Assembly: GCA_032718475.1 (NCBI GenBank)
Contig: JAUCBJ010006747.1
Span: 1 to 64,000 of the forward strand
Direction: 5' to 3'
DNA: 64,000 nucleotides
From: Nemertoderma westbladi
Lineage: Eukaryota; Animalia; Xenacoelomorpha
Position 1 is the first letter of the stretch; each line of letters starts with the position of its first letter. The notes beneath the pieces are model-generated. The model was not told the DNA's origin. It did no database searches and saw nothing but the letters and a program-made list of their open reading frames with translations. Positions 1 to 13,957 of this stretch are shown in pieces. Both the position numbers and the translations under genes were made by a program.

Positions 1-3000
1 TAACGTCACCAGACAAGTTCTGGAATAAATCGGTGCCCATCTCAAATATTAATTATTTAATATTTGCAAATCTAATACGTCAAAATCTGTAAAATTCAGA
101 TCCTTCAACAATTCTAGTCAATTAAGATATCGTAGCATTTACCGATATTCTTAAAAAAGACAATTGTCATAGAATTAAAGATCTTGTGTCCCTAGACATG
201 TTCTAGAATCAAAATATGTCCATTTAATTATCAAATAATAAAATTTCAGGGATTAAATTTAAATTCATGCCTTTAATGAATTTAATAAATTGCCATTTTT
301 ACGCAATTTATAAAGTTCCCAAAATTTCATTAATTAATAGATCAAGGGAGCGGAGATTTATCTTATCATGCGTATGAGTGTACGAAAGTCTCCCAAACAT
401 AGTCAATAGCCGATAAAATTCATAAATTCATGTATAAAACCGAACATTGACTATTAAAGAATACTATTAAATAACATCCCAGATCTGTATGCATTGGAAC
501 TACCCTAATTCTACCGCTAGCTTTGCATAATGTCACCATAGCAACAACCACGCTAGAATTAGAATTGAGTTAACGAACAATAGAAAGCTTGTCCCATTGA
601 ATAGCATAGGGAATAAATAGTGCACTGATAGTATCCAAGGATACATAATAATACAGTGACATTCTGGAAGGCATTGACTAACGGACAAGTGACCCGAGTG
701 TGTGTAATTTGTGACAAGTTGTGTGTGTGGTATTTGTGAGTTTATAGGTGAATGTTACTGCTAAGGTGTGTTTACAGTAGCTAGTCGCAATCGTAAAAGT
801 AACCTAACTCTCCAAGGAAACCTGAAGTACATCTAAGCCTTTGGGACGGACAGTTGAGTGACTTGTGCCGGTTGTCGTTGTCGTTGTGCGGCTACGTCGT
901 TGGCGAAAGTACAGCGGCGACGACACATCGGCGCTGAGGATCTCGTACTGTCCGGGGTTGATTGAGGTAGGCAGCGACGCCCGCTCGCCTAAATATAAAC
1001 TCATTATAATATGGATAAACTCATATATAGCAGATATGACGGAGTTGATAGAAGATGGTCTTGTCATCCTATCGATTTACACAATACGGACTATGTCGAC
1101 TATATATCCTGCCCAGCGGAGTCGGAACCATAAACGGAAATTCGAATGCGAAATTTCTATTCGAAATCGACTCGAAAGAAAAGATACTTAAGAAACAAAT
1201 GGACGCGGTAACTCCAACGTATATTTGGAATTCTTGATAGAAGCATTGTAACAACAAATAAATATCACCCGCGTTTACCCTACCAGACGTGCGTCTTTGG
1301 TATTATTACGATAAATGCCCTAGACCCAACTAATAAACGGAAAGACATAAACATCCACGTAAACCGAAACTTGTTGACGTATCACCTATGCTCACTCGGC
1401 TCGAACGATCCTGGAGTAAACCTACGATCAGAGTCCCGGAATACTCGGTCAAACCTCCTCATTCCTTAGTTGGACCTCAGACCTGCGATCTTGGTGGTGT
1501 CGCGGATCCTCGCGGACTGTATTCACTGTTCAAAGATCTAGTGCTACCCTAACAATTAATCGGTAACACTCCGACAGTAATTTCTAGCTAGCCGCCCATC
1601 TTACCTAGCCGGATTGTGACGCGGACACCTAATATCACTATCCAACCGTATGGTCGTCCACGTTTAACGCGATACAACCCCTCATCAAAGGGAAGGAGAG
1701 CGTTGTACGAAACGAGTTAAACGCTATTTTATAAAGATCAAAAAGGAAACCTGCGTTTGTTCAGATAAACGTAAGTTATCACAGTGAGTCCAATCGATAC
1801 ACGAATTGGCCTTATCTCAATTCGATTGGGAAATCCAGAATCTCTAAGAAGTTATCGAACTTGGACGATCCTATTTTCTGTGAGAGTTTTTGGATGAACG
1901 TATCCAGCTACGAGCGGAGGAAAATCAGCTCGAGGAGAAGCATATCGAAACGGCAGATACCTCGACCACAATCCTACACCTTCTGATGCAATCATATTGC
2001 ACCCTTCACCCAGGAGTTATGGCCCTCCTAGTAAAGTGGCTCCCCCAAAGAGAAAAAGACTCTTGCTAGCCTCAAAAAACTGCGTAAACGCCGTCTGCGT
2101 AAGAAAGACTAACTGTTTAGAGTATCTTTATGTTTTAGAAACTGTGATTTTTATATTTTATAGACTGAAAATCCCATTTTCTGGGAGCGGTGTAAAAGCC
2201 TTTGCTGAATTGCCCCGTTATTTTTATTATCTTTTACATTAAAATACTCTGTAGTTGATTTAATAAGTGTAAGAGACCGTATTATTGCTGTATCGGTGTT
2301 TTTAGAGGATCTAAGACCTATTTCCTCCGTATGTGTACTGTGAAAGGCATATTTTATGATTCTATGGCAATTCGTGACGCAAAGGGGTGATAGCTACTCT
2401 TGAACAGTAGTTACTATGACTACGGTTAACAGCTGACATTCATACGTGTTGATTTCCTTTGTTCTACGGCGTCTCTCAGTTCAGTCAGCCAATTAGAGCG
2501 TTTTTGTGGCTCCTTGTACAGAAAATTTCCGAGAAATGACGCAATGCCTATGTGCAGTGTTTACATTCAGTCCTGAGCCAAAGAAAGAACGGCTTGGAAG
2601 TATTTTGTGCTTTACTGTTTTTTAGTCTTACACTAGTAGGTTTAATTATAAAGGGCATATATCCTTTAACCTAACGACTACTGATGACTGATCATACATC
2701 CTGACTGCTGAAACATTGCAAACTCATAACAATCAGTGTTCAGTTGTTGTTCTATACTGCTATTTACTGTCAGTTCTTCATAATATGGTTGATGAATTAT
2801 TATATTTGGAATAACGATAAATAACCCCGAAACCCAATATTCTTGATCCACTACCGAAGGTAAGAGAGAAAGGTTACCAATAACGATTGTGACTTATGTT
2901 AAAGTGGTTTGAAGTGAATCTAATGTTATTTGATAGACCCTACATGAGTCAGCCTGTGTTCCTTTTATATGTGACTAAAATCAGTGAAGATCGGCAGATT

Positions 3001-3574
3001 AGTGTGCAGTATTGTGCAGCATTGTGTATGAGTGAGTCTGTTAAAGAAGCAATTCCTAAAGAATGCGCCATATATGTGAATTATAATTAAGCCATATCGT
3101 TGTGAGTAGTTTAAGTCATAACTCTGTTTATATAGATAAAGCGCCACGTCCTAAAGGAACTGTTAATATTCCCGAAGGTGAATAATATTGTCAGAGATTA
3201 TATAATACTGTCAGTCGAATAATACATTAGGCTTACATAGCAATAAAATTAAACCGTCGAACCCAATCTCCCGGGAATATCCAGCGGGTGAATGGTCGCG
3301 CACGGATTGGTTTCGACTAGTGTAGTGAATCAAATACTTGTCATAGACTAAAAACTGATTTAATATCTAGAAGACATCTTAATTTGGTGGGTTAAACTGC
3401 CAAAGGTCTGAAAGCGCGAACAATCATGTAATTAGAAGCTAATTAATAAACAATTATTTAAAAGTAACAATTAAAACTGAATCTCACTTAAAAACAATTA
3501 CCTCTTTCTACAGTAGCATAACTTATCATCCCAGTAGTTTATTTAAACATATTTAAGTACCGGAAGTTATTCTC

Positions 3575-5029
3575 ATGATGGGAGATCAACATGGCCCTTC
3601 CAGAAAACAGTCTTCACTGAAGCGACATCTCCCTTGTGCATCAGATAGTGAGAGCGACAACGGCTTAGGACATAAACGTTATATCCCCGGTGGTGATAGC
3701 GAAGATGAAGTCATTGAGATCTCCAAAGAACTGCCAGATAACGAAGGGTCAACATCAACCCGATACCCTGATTGGGCAGCACTTCCACACGAACTTATTT
3801 CTAATTTGTTCAGCTATTTACCAGAATGCGAACGGTTGTCAGCCGGCGGAACTTGTCTCAAATGGAATGAGGCCCAGAAAGATGCGGGGCTTTGGAGAAC
3901 GAGAGATATTGCCATCAGTGGAGAACGGCATCACGATAAGAAAGAGATTGAAGTATTTAGACAATACGGAGTTCATATGGAAAAAGTTGCAATCCGTTGC
4001 TATGGGAGGCTAAGCAATAGACAACAGATGTTATGGCACCTCAGCCAATCAGTGGATCATCTTAAGGTATCCCAGCTAAAACAATTCCGTCTATGGATGG
4101 CTTCCCTCGGTATCTATGACACAACAATATCGCAGCATTTAAATGAATTCTTCCGGTCACAGAAAGAGTTAGAAGACGTGACACTAATAGATTTGCAAGT
4201 AAAGCCTTTAATTGACGGTGTTCGATTAATAGAAAGTTTGGTGAGACACAACCGCGGATCTTTAAGGAAGATCATAATCGAGGAATTAATTCATCCATCT
4301 GCCGCATCTACTGCGAGGCCCATATCATCTGCTATGGGACCGCTCACTTCATTGAAGGCGTTGACGAACCTGAATATCAATTATAACTACTTGAATCCAG
4401 ATATATTAGAAAGAATTCTGACTAACAGTCCCCATCTAATATTATTGGTACTCCGCCTAGATCTGACTAGATCTGATAATGTTTTACCTGTTGCTGATAA
4501 TAACAACAGCCCGTGGAGAAAAGCCAACCCCGAGCTCTCGGTTTATATGCTGTTCTACTTCGAGACAGTTGACGTTCATTCGCTGATTCGCTTGATAAAA
4601 GGACGACCTCCTCTGACGAATTTCTATTTATTTGTACCTTGGATGGAAACAGTCGACGGCATATCTATACTATTCCGCTATCTAGGTGATCACATGGACC
4701 AATGTCTGAAAGAGTTGGTAATGGAGTGCGGACAGGATGAAGAAATACGTGTTGACTTCGTTTCGATGGTAAGAGATTGTAAGAAGCTAGAGAGCATCAC
4801 AATTACGATGTCTCTCAAAATTGAAGTTGTAACTGATATCTGTGAGCTGAAGTTCCAGCAAGAAATTATTCCAGAATTAAAGAAGTGTCACATCGCCTTC
4901 ACGGGTGTGGATAATGGGGTTGAATTGAGTATCCTGAACCGTCAATGGAATGATAAGATAAAAGCTAGCGGAGTTGATTTCCGTTTCAATAAGTTCGGAG
5001 ATCCTATGGAGATGGTCACTGTCGGTTAA
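3575..5029 (+). CDS. F-box/LRR-like protein (484 aa, uninterrupted ORF)
   Basis: F-box motif DWAALPHELISNLFSYLPECERLSAGGTCLKWNEAQKDAGLWR followed by Leu-rich repeats (LKALTNLNINY, CKKLESITI); long ORF in an AT-rich background. Confidence 0.85.
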   Translation: MMGDQHGPSRKQSSLKRHLPCASDSESDNGLGHKRYIPGGDSEDEVIEISKELPDNEGSTSTRYPDWAALPHELISNLFSYLPECERLSAGGTCLKWNEAQKDAGLWRTRDIAISGERHHDKKEIEVFRQYGVHMEKVAIRCYGRLSNRQQMLWHLSQSVDHLKVSQLKQFRLWMASLGIYDTTISQHLNEFFRSQKELEDVTLIDLQVKPLIDGVRLIESLVRHNRGSLRKIIIEELIHPSAASTARPISSAMGPLTSLKALTNLNINYNYLNPDILERILTNSPHLILLVLRLDLTRSDNVLPVADNNNSPWRKANPELSVYMLFYFETVDVHSLIRLIKGRPPLTNFYLFVPWMETVDGISILFRYLGDHMDQCLKELVMECGQDEEIRVDFVSMVRDCKKLESITITMSLKIEVVTDICELKFQQEIIPELKKCHIAFTGVDNGVELSILNRQWNDKIKASGVDFRFNKFGDPMEMVTVG

Positions 5030-6928
5030 TTAGAAGATACTGGAGCTGAATGTCTTGGATGGTTAAATACAAGACGCTCACTAATTCACGCTCGCCGATT
5101 AGCTAATAATTATTAATCGTGTTTATATATTGTATATTCTTACATTATTGGTAACAAGTAACTAAAAATAGAGTCCTGCAATATTTTATATATTTATATA
5201 TATATTTGATACAGCACAACCCCCCCCCCCCCCCTCCCCACACATCACACTGTTATTTTCTTCTGATTGTGCTTGGCAATTATATTAAGATGACCTTGAT
5301 GAAAGTTACTCGTTTACAAAACATTGGGGTTCTAAAAACTGCTTAAATTAATAAGGTAACTATTTCATAGCATGAATCATTTTTTTTAATGTTTGTATTA
5401 ATTATGTACACTTGTACTGTACAGTCGGTCTATATTATTAGCATCAACTTTATAATGGAGAGCTTGACCTTCCTACTTGAATAATTCATAAGAAAATTTG
5501 TTGATTCTTTAATCCTAAGGCATCTAAAATTGGGATGTACCACTAAAGTTAGAGGCGGAGTAGCGTTACTATTAACTTCTAGTGCGACTTGGTGTTGTTT
5601 CAATACTCGCAGGGCAAGGGAACACGTTCGTGGGGCCTTCGCGCAGCACGAGGCCCAGTTATTAGATACAAATTAAAATTGAGCGACTGTATCACAAAAT
5701 CAGGTTTTGAGAAATTTACCCACACCACCAATCAATCAAAGAAAGGGGGACAGTACGTGTTCACCCCTTTTAATCCCCCCCCCACCCTTCTCAACCACCA
5801 ATACATAACCGCGACATCTACCACCCACGGAAGGGTAGCACGAACTTATTTCCAATCGCACGTTAAATATGCAAAGCTAGGTGGTTTATAGGAATATAAT
5901 AAACGCAGTACTCGTTTTCATCATAAGCCTCTTTGCGTTCGTCCTGTTTTGTATTTAAATATATTTCTTAAACGCAGGCTAGGACGATCTTTATAATAAT
6001 AATAACTAGGGATGCGATCAATATGTGAAGCCAGGTGGTTTATATAATAATTTAGTCAACGCAGTACTCGTCTTCATTATATGCCTCGTCGCTTGTCCGG
6101 TTTTGTCATAAAATATTTTTCCTAAACGCAGACTGACGATCTTTATACACCATGTCCCAGAATATAGTGTCGTAATTCAGTGACACGGCCCCCCCCCCCC
6201 CTAATTTTTCTACAAAATCTTAATGAGATTGCATGAAATTTAAAACAGAGATAGTTCCACCTCCCGACCACTGAGTGGGTGAGCCAGAATTTTTATTTTT
6301 GCTTTCAATCTTTAGCTACAAGCGTTTAAAAACAGTGTCTCCGGCGATATTACACCAGTTGTACTGCAGTTATTCTTCTACCTTATAGCAGTTTGTTGGT
6401 ACCAATGGAAAGCTGACCATGCCAGGATTCCAAATATGTACAAATATTTGAATTTGGTTGGGAAATAGCTGAGATATGGGCGTTCGAAAGTTGCATGTAT
6501 TTTCACCTCCAATGGGCTATTTTATTCTATTTTATAAATACACAGAATTCTGGAATATTTTATTTATATTCAAAAAACAGCAGCGCAAGTTCTGACTATC
6601 AAGGTATACTACAGATAATTGGTTTCCTCCGTTTAACTTGCATTTGTATTACTAATGCATTACTTATGAAATAAATAAAATATTGTTTTAGTGACTGTTT
6701 CAGTTCTAGTGACTGCGATTAGTTGTATATATGGATAAGTTCATCAATAATTTTTCATATGGATTTAAGTTCTCAATAATTTTGCATATGGATTTAAGTT
6801 CATCAATAATATTCCTAAACAATACAATGTTAAAGTGAATTATTAATTGGAGTTCAGATCGCCAATAAGTTGATATAACGTAACAAATTTTCGTACACCA
6901 TTTAAATATATTCAATTAGACATTTGCC

Positions 6929-6959
<31 letters not shown>

Positions 6960-7329
6960 TTTTTTATATGACTACTGTAATATTCTTTAATAAACGATTT
7001 CTTATATTACAACCTTTAAATATTGTATGAATTGCATTTAGTAACATAATATTTATTTAGTAGGTAGTTAATTTAGCACAAATGTTATAAAGTTATTATA
7101 AAGTTCGAATTAATGTCGGAAACCAGGGAACTTCCACGTCCTCTACATCCATCAGATGTCAGTGTCCGCATTGATTGGCCATGAGAATGGCTGCCTCTCG
7201 CGCAGCGGACTGGTCCATGGCGAGCGGTGCTTAGTTATAGAGTTAGTTATGCCAAGATAATACTTCTGTAATAGGCTGATAGGCTGGTGTGGTGTTGGTG
7301 TGGATAGCTTATACTATTTATATTAATCT

Positions 7330-8450
7330 ATTGTTGTTATTGGATGTTAATTGTAATTGTGATTCGGTTATTGATGGGTTGTTGAACCTCGGAGACCACC
7401 TCAGAGACACATTAGGCGAGCACGGGGGAGAGCGAAGCTCATTTCCCGAACGAACCCAGTGGACGCACTCCGAATAAGGTGTCTCGAGCTTCTCCCGACG
7501 AACCCAGCGGACGCACTCCGAATAAGGTGTCTCGAGCTTCTCCCGACGAACCCAGTGGACGCACTCCGAATAAGGTGTCTCGAGCTTCTCCCGACGAACC
7601 CAGCGGACGCACTCCGAATAAGGTGTCTCGAGCTTCTCCCGACGAACCCAGCGGACGCACTCCAAATAAGGTGTCTCGAGCTTCTCCCGACGAACCCAGC
7701 GGACGCACTCCGAATAAGGTGTCTCGAGCTTCTCCCGACGTACCAAGCGGACGCACTCCGAATAAGGTGTCTCGAGCTTCTCCCGACGAACCCAGCGGAC
7801 GCACTCCGAATAAGGTGTCTCGCGCTTCTCCCGACGTACCCAGCGGACGCACTCCGAATAAGGTGTCTCGAGCTTCTCCCGACGTACCAAGCGGACGCAC
7901 TCCGAATAAGGTGTCTCGAGCTTCTCCCGACGAACCCAGCGGACGCACTCCGAATAAGGTGTCTCGCGCTTCTCCCGACGTACCCAGCGGACGCACTCCG
8001 AATAAGGTGTCTCGCGCTTCTCCCGACGAACCCAGCGGACGCACTCCGAATAAGGTGTCTCGCGCTTCTCCCGACGAACCCAGCGGACGCACTCCAAATA
8101 AGGTGTCTCGAGCTTCTCCCGACGAACCCAGCGGACGCACTCCGAATAAGGTGTCTCGAGCTTCTCCCGACGTACCAAGCGGACGCACTCCGAATAAGGT
8201 GTCTCGAGCTTCTCCCGACGAACCCAGCGGACGCACTCCGAATAAGGTGTCTCGCGCTTCTCCCGACGTACCCAGCGGACGCACTCCGAATAAGGTGTCT
8301 CGAGCTTCTCCGACAGGAGGATACCAAGGCGCTTATTAAACTGGGACGTCGCCGTGGAGAGTCGGGGAGAAGAGAGGCGTGAAAGTGGCAAGCTCGATCT
8401 CACGTACCGCTCCTTGCAGTGGTTGCTCTTGCGGGCCTCATGGTGTAGGT
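7330..8450 (-). mobile_element. 3' fragment of a restriction-like-endonuclease (CRE-like) non-LTR retrotransposon
   Basis: Minus-strand translation QFNKRLGILLSEKLETPYSECVRWVR...EMSFALPRARLMCL..GS resembles the C-terminal motif (L..K...YS....W.R..LSFA..R....C.RGSR) of REL-clade elements. Confidence 0.6.
7447..8314. repeat. 48-bp minisatellite, ~18 copies
   Basis: Unit CCGACGAACCCAGCGGACGCACTCCGAATAAGGTGTCTCGAGCTTCTC repeated head-to-tail with few substitutions; 16-aa periodicity in the ORF track. Confidence 0.97.
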
Positions 8451-9009
8451 GGGCAGACTTGAGGGTCTTAAGACTTAGACACTATATTCCAGGACATAAT
8501 AAGTATGAATAATATGTGTGAAAGAGGAAAGATAAACAATTGTGAGAGTAAATTAATAATGAAAGGGGAAATATGGAATTTAATTATTTTTTTGGTTCAC
8601 TCGAGTCATGCTACCCCAATATAAATATCATAAATCTATTCTGCTTCAATATCAAGAGGCCAGATCTTCCAATTATCATACAGTATGCTTGTTTGTGGTC
8701 AGGATAGGTTCACTTTTTTCGAAATGGGTTAGTAATTCATAATTTATTCAATTATGAGAATACAACATTAATAATTGTTAATTGACATATGATATTACGG
8801 TGGCTGATTGCGGCCAAATATTTAAATTTTGTAATGTATTTCATCCGGGTAAAAAAAAGTTATCACATCACCCATTTATGGTGAGTTATCACCCTTTATA
8901 TAGCATTATAAAATCGATCAACCAAATCCACTATATCAACATACATGGCTTTCTAATAAATGATAAAATGCAGTTTGAAATGTTGATAGACTAGCTTTCT
9001 CCCATAGAA

Positions 9010-12000
9010 TGACGGCCTGTCCAAATTCCTATTATTGTATTAGTTTGCTAACTAACTAACTAACTAAAACTGAGAGACAAAATCTGGGTCGCTTTGCCCT
9101 CACAACCTTAATGATGACCGGTCCCCGGTCCTAGACTTCAATCAGCCCGACCCACAGTCACTAGCCTTGCCGGTCTAGCTACGCCTTCCTTTAGCCCTGC
9201 ATGCTAAAGCGAGCTGTTACCGTAACTGCGTAATAAAACATCAAACAGTCAGATAGTCTCGAAGAAACAAAGAATTGGTTGAGATTTATTACATTGTAGT
9301 GAATATAATTAACAATCAGAATAAATCAAGAATCAGTCCAAGCAATAATCAATTGCAAAGTCATATTTTTAGCAGAAAAGCAGCAAATTTAAAGTCCAAC
9401 GGAAGTGCAAATTCAACAAATTCAAGATGGCTAACACAAAACTAACAAGAATGACGCAATGTCTATTATTCTCACATGATCGGTCAGATCCAGGGTTCTC
9501 CCAGCTGGGCTCTTGACCAACCAGTGAGCAGAAATGCATAATCGCCCTAAATTAATTTGATCACTTTCGGTTTGGTCAGGGGTAGTCAAGACGTCCTCTT
9601 CTGTCTCTATGATCTCATTGCAAAGTTGGATCACTAAATTGCAAGTGTCAGGGTCTGTACTTGTCGGACCTTTTCGTTCTAATAGAGTTTTCGGGGAAGG
9701 CCCGGTACAGAACCATCCCACTCTCGTCCGACAGGCGTAGGCTGACATTGTTTCCGGATGTCTGGGTCATTTCCCCAGAATTTCTAAGGCCTCGGGTACA
9801 TTTTGGCCTATCAACATCTGTACGCCTGGGTAGTCTGGGGTGAAACGGGGAATATTATGATTACATACAAGGGCGTCATCATCCCAGTCGTAGGCCTTGG
9901 CTTGACTTTTGGCAAAATTCCTGATGACAACCATTTTGATGTTAGAGATCCTATCCCGGCCACTGGTATCTTGCGGGGTGGACAGGGTCGCCTCATAATA
10001 TTTTGTCTCAATGGTAGATTGCCAACGTTTCATTATCCCAGATAATGTTAGTTTCATGTTCCCTGGCGAACAAGGATTCGGCTAACTCTGCGTCTATGAA
10101 CGTGCCCGTACTTCCTGTGTCCATTAAGGCATTTACCACAACGCTACTACTGTACTTCCCGGACTCTCTGACTTTCTGACTCTCTGACTCCGGCATCCTA
10201 AAATGACCGGGTGTTGGGATTGTTCTCAATTTTGAGACAATCTTCTGCTACGGGTTCCTCATAGGTAAAGGCTTCATACACACGGACATGGTTACAGCAT
10301 TCATCGTCGTCGGTAAACTCTCCAGGGTAGAATGCATCCGGTCCTTCATCGGATGAGTCTGTCTCACAATCGGTGAAGTGTACACGTTGGTCTATCTCTC
10401 CCTTTGGGGCCTGGTCTAGGTGAAGCAAAGGGTGATGGGAGCCCTGACACACCAGACACGTTTTTACGTTTATTAGTCTACACTTACGTCGCAAATGTAC
10501 CGGTCTAAGACACAAGAAGCATGTCGACAAGTCAAAAGTCATCTGTCGTCTCTCCTTTAGTGTATTTTTTAAGAGGGCGTTGCATTTCGCAAGTGGATCT
10601 ATTTTACAAAGCCCAGGGCACTTAAGTTTGGTGGTGACGCTTGTCATTGTATTATAGGTCTTTGTGGTCGTCTTACGGTTATCCACATATGCTTTCTTGG
10701 GGGTGCTATTAGCCTTGGGAGGAGGTGTCATCCTATTTGGTTTGCCTTGGCCGCTGTAATTATTCTCACCTCTGGAGTTTATGTCACCGTAATATATGCT
10801 TTCGCATCCCTCTGTGTCTGAACCAGAGTGATCAGAGAGACACTCTTCATAGTTGGTGACATAAGCGTATCGCTTCTTGGTTGCTGTCTTGTCAGTGTTT
10901 TTTGTGTCCGAATGGGTGCTTCTTTCCCGGTTCACTGTGATAAGATACGTGGAGGTCTCAGCCTTCAGGAAACCTCTAAACGAGTCCATATTGGGGAAAC
11001 ATCCATGTTTAAGTTTGTAATTGTAAGTGTATCAATCCCATCTGGTCCCAGTGGAGCCCTTTGGAAGCGCACTGGAAACGAACTGTACTGTCATGGTTGT
11101 ATCGTACACTTGTTTCTGTCCTAGCCAATCAAGCTGGCGACAAATTTCCTCTACTTCATCTTTGAACTCTTTCAATCCCGTTTTGAGTGGATCTATTTTT
11201 AGAGATTAATCTGTCATACATGTTGCGTGCCAAGCTTTCTTCATTGCCACACTGCTCCTTTAGAGTATCCCTAAACAGTATTGATGCCGTCTACATGATG
11301 CCATCTGTTTAGGGGGTCCTTCCAGGCAACATTATTAAATATATAAGCTTCTCACGTTCACTCAATGGCGATTCTAGAATACTGTCTTTGCAGAACTCTG
11401 CAAAGGGTAACCATTTCAGTTCGTCGCCATCAAACTTTAAAATTTGACATGAGGAGACGCACTGTCAGGCTTCGTTTCTAGCCATATGTCTGGTGAGGTC
11501 GGTTTGGACTGCCGAAGAATTTAATAAAAGGTCGGTTAGATATGAACTTTGGTCATTCTGATGTACTGTATTCTTGGCATGAATACCACTCACATCAGAG
11601 GCACGTTTTAAAATTTGTACACCCTACAACGCAGCGTGTGAGTCGACTTTCTTATTGGTCAAGGCAAGATGGTCTTGTATCAAGGCCATTTGTTGCTCTA
11701 AGTCATCAGTTCTTTGTAATAAAGAATTGTTTTTTTGTGATAAGGAATCATTTCTTTGTAATAGAGAATCAATGATTTTATTTATTAATCAAGCACATTA
11801 AGTAAAAACCTTACCGGGAGGTATGTCAGTGCCAAAGTATGTAAAAAACTAAAAAGCAACAAGACCTAGATGTTGCATGCAATCAGTGATCAGCTGACAG
11901 CAGCCAGCTGATTGGTAGGTTTCGCCCCGCAACTGAAGGCATTCTCAGGAGGCCAAGCCTGGAAATGTAGAGAGAGTTTCCCAAAGGGGGACGGAACAGG

Positions 12001-13957
12001 TAACGAAATGAAGATATGTCTGTACTGTAACTAACCACTGGGAAGCAGCACTGTAAACTTGCGCCAGTCACGTTTCTGCTTGTTGATAATCGGCTTGCGT
12101 GTTTGGATGTAATACATTTCGAGCTTTTGCAAGACTGGCCGCAATTGTGTCTAGCAATTACACTGAAATGATTAAACAATTCACGCCAGTAAGTAAGCCA
12201 ACGTGTATTGGGCTCGCCGCGGTGCGTCATGATGTGGTTGTGCAGTCTTACCCTGTTCGCTCCCATCATTGGCTGTCCCATCCTGGTGCTGTCTAAGGCG
12301 TTTAAACAAGTGTTGGATGGTGTGTCCAATATATTCCCCCTTACAAGAGGGACAAGAGAAAAAGTAAACGACGTTAGACGCAAGGATTTCCGAGATGGGA
12401 ATTACTGGCGCAGTTTAGATGTTGTAAAAACAAACCGAACTGGCTGTGTGCAAGACCTGGGTATAAGACCACGTAACTTTCGAACAAACAGATCAGTTGC
12501 CCGACCTCGGTACTCGAACTTACAGATAATAGGCTTGGAATCATCACTGACATACCTACCGGTAAGGTTTTTTCTAACGGAGGTGCATAGGCCTCTGGAG
12601 GTGAACGAGGGTCACCTTGGGGGAATGCTTTTCCTGGGATGTGGCTTCATCTGACTCCACTTCTGGGGTAGGCTTCCCCTTGCAAGTTAGGGGGGACTGA
12701 CATCCGTCCGCCGGATGATAACAGCGTTCCTGGTCCCGGATGCCGTGTCCCCACTGGCGCCGACGCTGTTGCGGCTAAGTGGGCCGATCCGGGCGCCAGG
12801 TGCCTATCATCCAGTTGGTTTTGACAGTTGTAATATATCGTCGAGTGGGGATTCATTTCATCCCTCGATGTCCAATTATTATTGTTTCCTCCTTCGTTAC
12901 CATGTGGTAACGCATGTGATACCTTGGAATTTTTCCCAAGCTGGTGATTGGGGATATTCCAGTGCCGAATGACATCCTATCGTCCTTTGTCCTGGCTAAG
13001 GTACTAGACAGGTAGTTAGGTCTGGGGCGTTCTAGACAAGCTGTACGAAAGATATTATGGGAGTTTGGGACTTCATTGGGTATTTCTTTAGTTACAATTG
13101 GTGCCCCTAGTGGTGGTACAACATCTCTATTGCGGAAGGGGGTTGCTGTCATGGTCGGGTATGGAACTACTACTGGATCGATCGGCTCGGCTGATGTACC
13201 GCGCAATGGGGCTGCAACCAACTGAGGTGGTTCCCGTTCCCGTGGATCTATATAGATCTCGAACCCGGGATCGTTTGGCTCAACTTCCTCCTGTAACCTA
13301 CCCAGGGGGGGCCGCGAATCCAGCGTTCTTGGATGATCTAAATCCGTCTGCTTTGGGGGTATCCTGTTTCTATTATATGGAGGCAGGTCCGGCAGTGCCA
13401 CTCTAACAGCTCTCTTTTGTCTGCCTCGAGAGTGGCTACCACTTTCACTAGCGTCGGTGGAGTTTCCTTCATCCGACGAAGCATAAGTCCCTTTATTTGG
13501 CCCGTCTTGTCCTTTATTAAAACCTAACTTCTCTTTGCGCCGATTTTCGCTTATTCTTTTTAGCGCTATTTGGTCTCGCAAAGCTAATTTCTGCTGGTCA
13601 GCTTCCAACTGCAATCTAGCTGTTTCCTTAACCGTTTCCAACTGTAGTTTATTACGTCACTGATTTGCGTTTAACTGCAACTCCATTACCAAGATTTCCT
13701 TATCCGCCGTACGCCCTTCTGCTTGTGCTTGCCCATCACGCTCGGCTTCTATTCCTTCTAGAACTGCCATTGATTCAGGGCTAGAGGGGGCTAAACCCTT
13801 TAACCTCCTACGCAGTTTTGCCTCTCCTACTATGGATATATAGGGCTGTAGGTAACGTGATATCGCATCCATGTCCTCACCTTCTCCAGAATCCTCTGAG
13901 TCTGTGCGCAGATTGCTTGGTGCTATGGTTCCGGAACAGACTATGTCCACACCCGGG
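9010..13957 (-). mobile_element. Degenerate BEL/Pao LTR retrotransposon (gag-protease region)
   Basis: Triple Cys/His knuckle CPGLC..CFLCLRPVHLRRKC..CLVCQGSHHPLLH (10198-10989), aspartic protease motif ALMDTGSTGTFI (10008-10229), post-protease MLIGQNVP..TRVGWFCTGP, DUF1759-like KFDGDELKWLPF near 11400; multiple frameshifts. Boundaries approximate. Confidence 0.8.

Noticed and set aside
2030-2065. tRNA-Asp-like primer binding site (TGGCTCCCC) or histone stem-loop
   Set aside because: Not preceded by an LTR CA end, match too short, and no histone ORF or proper stem.
6929-6956. Long poly-G/poly-C runs here and elsewhere (e.g. 5221, 14871, 40379) as G-quadruplex elements
   Set aside because: Simple homopolymers of uncertain length, common throughout the window, with no positional pattern.
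7447-8314. Possible CRISPR array or repeat-protein genes (five overlapping long ORFs)
   Set aside because: Units are contiguous with no unique spacers and no cas genes; the ORFs arise because 48 is a multiple of 3.
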